The translations under genes were made by a program, and so were the position numbers. A DNA stretch of 64,000 nt from Naegleria gruberi. Taxonomy: Eukaryota. The DNA lies in NCBI GenBank assembly GCA_000004985.1, contig GG738845.1. The stretch is one strand, 5' to 3'. A model generated the notes under the pieces. It made no database searches and was not told the origin of the DNA. It was given only the letters and a program-made list of their open reading frames with translations. This document shows positions 59,101-64,000 of this stretch, one piece after another; positions within the stretch are counted from its first letter, which is position 1, and each line of letters opens with the position of its first letter.

Positions 59101-59329
59101 TCATGCCCAAAGCAAGGTTATATATGGTATTAACGATGATTTGCGTCAGTTCAGAAGAAACGTTGTTCTAGATGCCACAAGGGAAGATCTTATTGATACT
59201 TGTGTTAGATATCTAGGAGGAGAAAATGACAAATCTTCCTCCAATACAATTATTGGAGGCAGTATTGAGAAGGACATTGACCAAAACGAAATGTCAAAAT
59301 GGGTATTAGTTAAAGATGAACTTAATTGA
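56189..59329 (+). CDS. Mitochondrial presequence protease (M16C, PreP/Cym1), two exons.
   Basis: join(56189..58072, 58124..59329) with a 51-nt GTAGGT intron. The inverted zinc motif 'HILEHTTLCGSEKYPVRD' is present. 'LAHQIELHTGGIDASP' vs human PITRM1 'QAQQIELKTGGMSASP'. '[28 protein letters not shown]' vs '[28 protein letters not shown]'. Confidence 0.85.
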
Positions 59330-59526
59330 ATTAAAATAAAAATGAACATTTTACATCCATTTCATTTTCCAGCCATTAAAATGCATGTAGTTCAAAATAT
59401 TTTCATTTATTTCCTTGTGTATTATTTTTCTATTTTCAGTTAGAAAGGTGTTAGATTTGTGTGTTTTTGGAAACCTTTTTTGAAATGTGCACTTTCTGCA
59501 ACACGAAACCAATTCAAATAAAAAAT

Positions 59527-60578
59527 ATGAAAAGATCAAGCACAATACCAAAACCAAGTAATACAGGTAGTGACAAAATCAATGATGAATTTATTCTTTC
59601 AATTGTTGGTATGTAATTTCCAATCACTTTATTGATGAACTTTAATCACTGTGAAGGAGATGGAGCAGTTGGAAAGAGTTCTCTCTCCACAAGATTTATG
59701 CAAGGTACTTTCGATAAGCAACAAATTTATGATCCTACCATTGAGGATGCTTATTACATAAAAAGAAATGTAGATGGAAAACCAACCCATCTGGAATTGA
59801 TAGATAGTGCAGGACAAGAAGGTTTGTACTTTTAAAACTCATTTCCAAACTCTTTTTTTAAAGAGTAAGTTTATTCTTTTGATTCCCTCACCATTATAGA
59901 TACAAAGCCTTGAGGTCAACTTTTATGAGAAGATCATTCGGGTTTATTTTTGTTTTTGATGTTACAAATGGAGAAACCCTAAAAGCATTGAAGGAGTACT
60001 ATGACCAAATAATAAGAATTAAAACTGGTGATGAAGAATACATTCCTGATTCCAATATTCTCCAAAGGCCCCCATTTCCTTGTATATTTTTAGGAAACAA
60101 GATAGACCTTTTACTAAAGAACCCACAAATTGCAAAATGGAAAGAGAAAATTCAAACATCCCAACAAGAAGAAAAAAGGGATAAGAAGCTCCTTAGAAAG
60201 CTTGACAAGGAAGTTAGATCCTTCATAGAAAGAGAAATTATTGGAATTCAGACAGGAGAAAAGAATACATTCCATCTGCCTCTTTACTGGACATCAGCCA
60301 AAGAGAATATTAATGTAGTTGAAGGGTTTGAAGGAATAGTAAGAGAAATGAGAACAATGTCAATCCCTATAGCAAAACAAAAAAGAATGAACAACACACC
60401 AAAAACTCTCTCTAATCAATCAAGTTCAACTGAAAGAAGACGATGGTCAAGTTTTAGCTCTTCAAAAAAGTCCACTCCTAATCATTCCATTGAAAAGCCA
60501 TCATCATATCCAAGCAGAAGGGGAAGTTTCTTATTTTCCTCATTTAATTGTGATAATGATATGGAAGACTTAGTATGA
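59527..60578 (+). CDS. Atypical Ras-superfamily small GTPase without a C-terminal CAAX, with a long basic/Ser-rich tail; three or more exons.
   Basis: Exon 1 'MKRSSTIPKPSNTGSDKINDEFILSIV|GDGAVGKSSL' is joined by a 48-nt GTATGT intron. It has G1 'GDGAVGKSS', switch I 'YDPTIEDAY', G3 'DSAGQE', G4 'LGNKIDL' and G5 'TSAKE'. The splice just after G3 (59830-59888) could not be resolved with canonical GT-AG sites. Confidence 0.65.
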
Positions 60579-60645
60579 GTAGTAACATTTCAATTCTTAA
60601 TAAACCTTAACTGTAGTGCATATACTCATTACATTTTTAAAAAAA

Positions 60646-63496
60646 ATGCCTAACTCTAGATCTTCATCAATTTCCAACCGTAACATTATGGAGGATGTTG
60701 AAAGTGCTCTGGATGATCTTGAATACTTTGATCCCATTCTCTCACCATTGGAGGAGGAGAAGATGTGTATGGACAATATTTGTCAATGCCTTAATGACTG
60801 CTTCTTTATGATAAAACAATATACTGAAGGAGAAGAGTCATTTAATGTAATTTTAGTGGACCAATCTTTGGAGTGCTTCCAGCTCGCAAGTAAGTACAAA
60901 ATATGTTCATGAATTAATAACTTGCTAAGTTTCTCTTCTTGGAGCCGATACATCCCCAGAGAGAATTTCGGAAATTGGATTAAAAGGAAATAATAATATT
61001 CCCTCCTTTCTTTCCATGATAATTAAATTCATCTCTCTTGATTTAACAACAATAGAAGTGGAACCTTCATCCAATTATTCCCAGCATCAAATTGTAAAAA
61101 TATTTATTAACTTGAAGATTTATGCTCTCAAGTGTTTGGCCAAGTTGATTTCAGTTTGTTCCTTAGAGACAACTGAAGATTCTTACAAAGAACTTTCTAA
61201 AAATTGTGCAGAGCTATTTGTAAAAGATGAAGGTCTGAATGCTCTTTTTGAATGTCTTGTCATTGACGACAAGTATGACACAAGCGATCAATCAGATGAA
61301 AAGATGAGGTTAATCATTGTGGAAACTTTGTTCTTTTTTGTTTGTAGAAATGAAATTGCAAGATTAGCAGTGGTTTTTCAACAAGGTCTTTTACTAATTA
61401 TGGAACTTATGACAGTAGAACCTAATTCCACCATAAGAAGCTATTATTGTGCCATTTTGAGAGAATTTTGCATCACCTACCCAGAAGATTTGGTAAAAGA
61501 AAATTGTATTGAAAACTCAGTTTCTTACCTTGCAGCAGACCCTTGTGATGATGTGCGGGCTTTGAGTGCTGAAATAGTGGAAATGTTAATCAAAACAGAT
61601 TCAACTAATCTAGAGAGAATTGACTTGATTGAAATTGCTAAATTGTTAAATTCTGTGTTGAACAATGACACCTCTGCAGTTGTAGAATCTTGTTGTAAGC
61701 TTTGTGAAACACTTTTTAAAGAAGACACCCACAAGATCATTCATTCTGAATTTATTAAGAACAGTTATTGGGTATCATTGGTGAGAGTAATGAAAAACCA
61801 CGATTTCAAAACAGCCTCTTGTGCCATTAGAGCTATTCGGTACTTAGCCCAGTTTTCTGAAAGAGACGATTTAGCACAAAAATGTTTGCTGAAGTTTGAT
61901 GCAATTTCAACCCTTCTCAAGTTCTTGTTAGATACAACCTTTGATAAGAGAACCAACATAGAAGAAAAAAGGAGTAAGTTTAAAAAAGAGAGAACACAGA
62001 AACATCAACCTGTTGCAGTGGATGAGGCTTGTGAAGTTTTGAAAACAACTATCAAATTGGAATCAGCATTTCTTTTTTCTATGCTATTTTATAGATCTCC
62101 AAGATTGAAACAAAAGGTTAAGGATGATCTGAAGGTGTTTCCAAATTGGATTATGGCTCTTCGAAGAAAACTCGTACAAGCTGTAGCTCAAAGCGAAATT
62201 TCATATTTTGAAAATGTTGAAATAACAAATGAGTTGGGATGGAATATGGCAAATTTTGTTATTGAAAAAGAAACAGTTTACGACGAAAAAACAGTTGTTG
62301 AGTATATTTTAACAGAACCAAAACCTCCAACAGAGGAATCTGGATATCAAGAATTTGATGGACGAATTAAGCAATTCTTGATCAAAAGTTGTCTTTCGCA
62401 AACGTTTGAACAACCAGAATCCCAAGAGGTGCTAAATTCGGTTCAAACTGAATCCCCCAGAAGAATAGATCCCCAATCCCCAGTTGCAACAAAAAGAGTG
62501 GAAGTAATCAGGAAAACAAAATTGCCAGAAATTCCTTCTCCTAGAAAACAAGCAATAATTTCCACCCATTCGCCAAGCATTCCCTCCCCAATTTCTGTTA
62601 TTCAAACACCTGAAAGGGAAACAGCAAAATTCAATGTAATTCAATGGAAGGCTCCTGTTTCACTTCTCTCTCCTCAAGACGGAGAAGAATTTACTCCTGG
62701 TTATTTTGGTCAGCCAATGAATAACATTCCAAAGGGGGATAAAGTTGAGAAACGAACAGAGAAAGTTTCCAGGAATCTTTTTTCAAGTCCAATGAAAAAC
62801 ATTCCAACCTATGAAGAGGTGGACTTTAATCGCCTCATTTGTATTTGCAAGGCATACTCAATGTGGTATGAGAGTACAGAGATGAGGTATTCACGAGAGG
62901 AAGAGCAAGACAGATTTATCACAACCTTCCAATTAGCGAAACTAGGAAAACAATCTCCAATGTATAGTCCACTTAACTCTCCCAAAGATCCAAGGGCAGT
63001 CAAAGGAACACACTTGTTTTATCAAAAGATACCTTACCATTTCAAACACTCTCCTCAAAAATTGACAAAAGTTTGGAATGATGAGCATGTCAGAGCATCG
63101 GATGTATTTCAATTCCATGTTTTATTCGAACAACTTGATGAGAGAACTCTTTTACAAACAATTGAAAATTTAAAGAAACATTTAAAGGTAATCTCGAGGG
63201 ACTTTGTAGTAACTCCTAAAGAACACAACGCACGTGGAAGAAAAGTATTCCTATTAGATTTGAAGCAAAATATATTACCAAAATTGGAACAATCATTTTT
63301 GGATTTGTTGAAAAGGGGAAAAGAATTCGGGTTTAATAGAATACTTGAAATTATTAATTCTTGGAAAGAAGCAAAAGTCAGAGTCGATCTGGCATTAACT
63401 CATGAAAACATGTTAGAAGTATTAGAGTGTGTAAAAATTGAACTTGCTAAAGAACAATTAGAAAAAATCAAACTTGACAAGTCAGAAAGTAAATAA
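60646..63496 (+). CDS. Armadillo/HEAT-like repeat protein (~920 aa), two exons, unknown function.
   Basis: Exon 1 (60646..~60890) splices through a ~97-nt GTAAGT intron into the 826-aa ORF, in frame ('..FQLA|RNNNIPSFLSMIIKF..'). Repetitive helical ~40-aa units ('LFECLVIDDK..','IVETLFFFVCRNEIARLAVVFQQGLLLIMELM'). The C-terminal third is S/P-rich. Confidence 0.5.
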
Positions 63497-63509
63497 ATAT
63501 TAAAATGAT

Positions 63510-64000
63510 TTATTCTTCGTCTGAATCCTTTTCCCACCTAGCATTGTATCGTTTTCTACTCTCTTCCTTTTCCTTGTCTGTAGCCTCTCTAGCCTCTTGT
63601 CTCTTTTGTTTGACTGTTTCATAGTCATCCTTCAATCTATCTTTCAACTTTTGGTATCTTTGCTCCTTGGCTGATTCAATCTTGGAAGCTTGTTTTACAT
63701 CTAGTAAAGGATCATTTGGTGTCTTGGTTGATTTGATTTGCATGGTTTCATAATCCAAAGCCTTAGCAATTTGACCACTTTGCAAGTTAACACGAGGAGC
63801 AATTTGAGTCTTATGTCCCTTAAGGGTGTTCCATTCCATACCTAGAGGATGTGCAAAAGCACCATCTATGACGGCAGCTTCCACTTGATTATGTACTGGA
63901 ATAAGGAATTTGTCAGGGATTTTGGCTGTTTCTCTAATGATGACATGATTTAAATTAGAATCTGAACGTTCATCAATTTTTTGCTCTCTAATCTTCTTTT
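63510..64000 (-). CDS. Conserved-looking charged protein, C-terminal part (N-terminus outside window); unassigned.
   Basis: The open frame continues to the window edge ('..KKIREQKIDERSDSNLNHVIIRETAKIPDKFLIPVHNQVEAAVIDGAFAHPLGMEWNTLKGHK..'). It ends in a K/R/E/D-rich tail 'RKRYNARWEKDSDEE'. Confidence 0.4.
   Translation of the reverse strand, partial: KKIREQKIDERSDSNLNHVIIRETAKIPDKFLIPVHNQVEAAVIDGAFAHPLGMEWNTLKGHKTQIAPRVNLQSGQIAKALDYETMQIKSTKTPNDPLLDVKQASKIESAKEQRYQKLKDRLKDDYETVKQKRQEAREATDKEKEESRKRYNARWEKDSDEE

Overview
The window is not prokaryotic. It is a very gene-dense, AT-rich eukaryotic nuclear segment, about 32% GC by eye. I found roughly 35 protein-coding genes in 64 kb on both strands, several with very short spliceosomal introns of about 30-97 nt with mostly GTAAGT/GTGAGT donors and an A-rich AAAAAAATG start context. 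There are no rRNA or tRNA genes, no CRISPR array and no obvious transposon. A run of 328 N (2567..2894) is an assembly gap inside one gene.

Recognisable genes are eukaryotic housekeeping and nuclear machinery: IWS1 tail, FAM91A1, an Obg-family GTPase, an ELO elongase, a two-pore K+ channel, AP-1 sigma, RPF2, exosome Rrp43/EXOSC8, BRF1, MAU2/SCC4, INTS8, NUP155, RUVBL1, a RING protein, GNA1, TFIIF-beta, a mitochondrial carrier, ALG12, ESF2/ABT1, RNase Z/ELAC2, proteasome alpha-5, GINS Psf2, presequence protease PreP/Cym1, a Ras-like GTPase and an ARM-repeat protein, plus several large proteins I could not name.

Having Integrator, FAM91 and MAU2 alongside a 4TM two-pore K+ channel, with sparse tiny introns and an A-run Kozak, argues against fungi. 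It suggests a compact amoebozoan (dictyostelid-like) or similar unikont protist, but that is inference.

The ORF track uses GTG/TTG as 'M' in places, so several listed starts are not real, and several track ORFs are exons of one gene.

The most unusual items are:
- a single continuous ORF fusing a full ALG12 mannosyltransferase to a p23-like CS domain with a C-terminal membrane anchor;
- a large chromatin-like gene, carrying a long (KEKKEK)n tract, that is split by a frameshift;
- extreme gene packing, with same-strand spacers of 25-38 nt and convergent stop codons 6 nt apart;
- a 30-nt intron and an 11-nt micro-exon;
- a ~240-aa insertion inside the Obg G-domain;
- an alpha/beta-hydrolase whose nucleophile serine is replaced by glycine.
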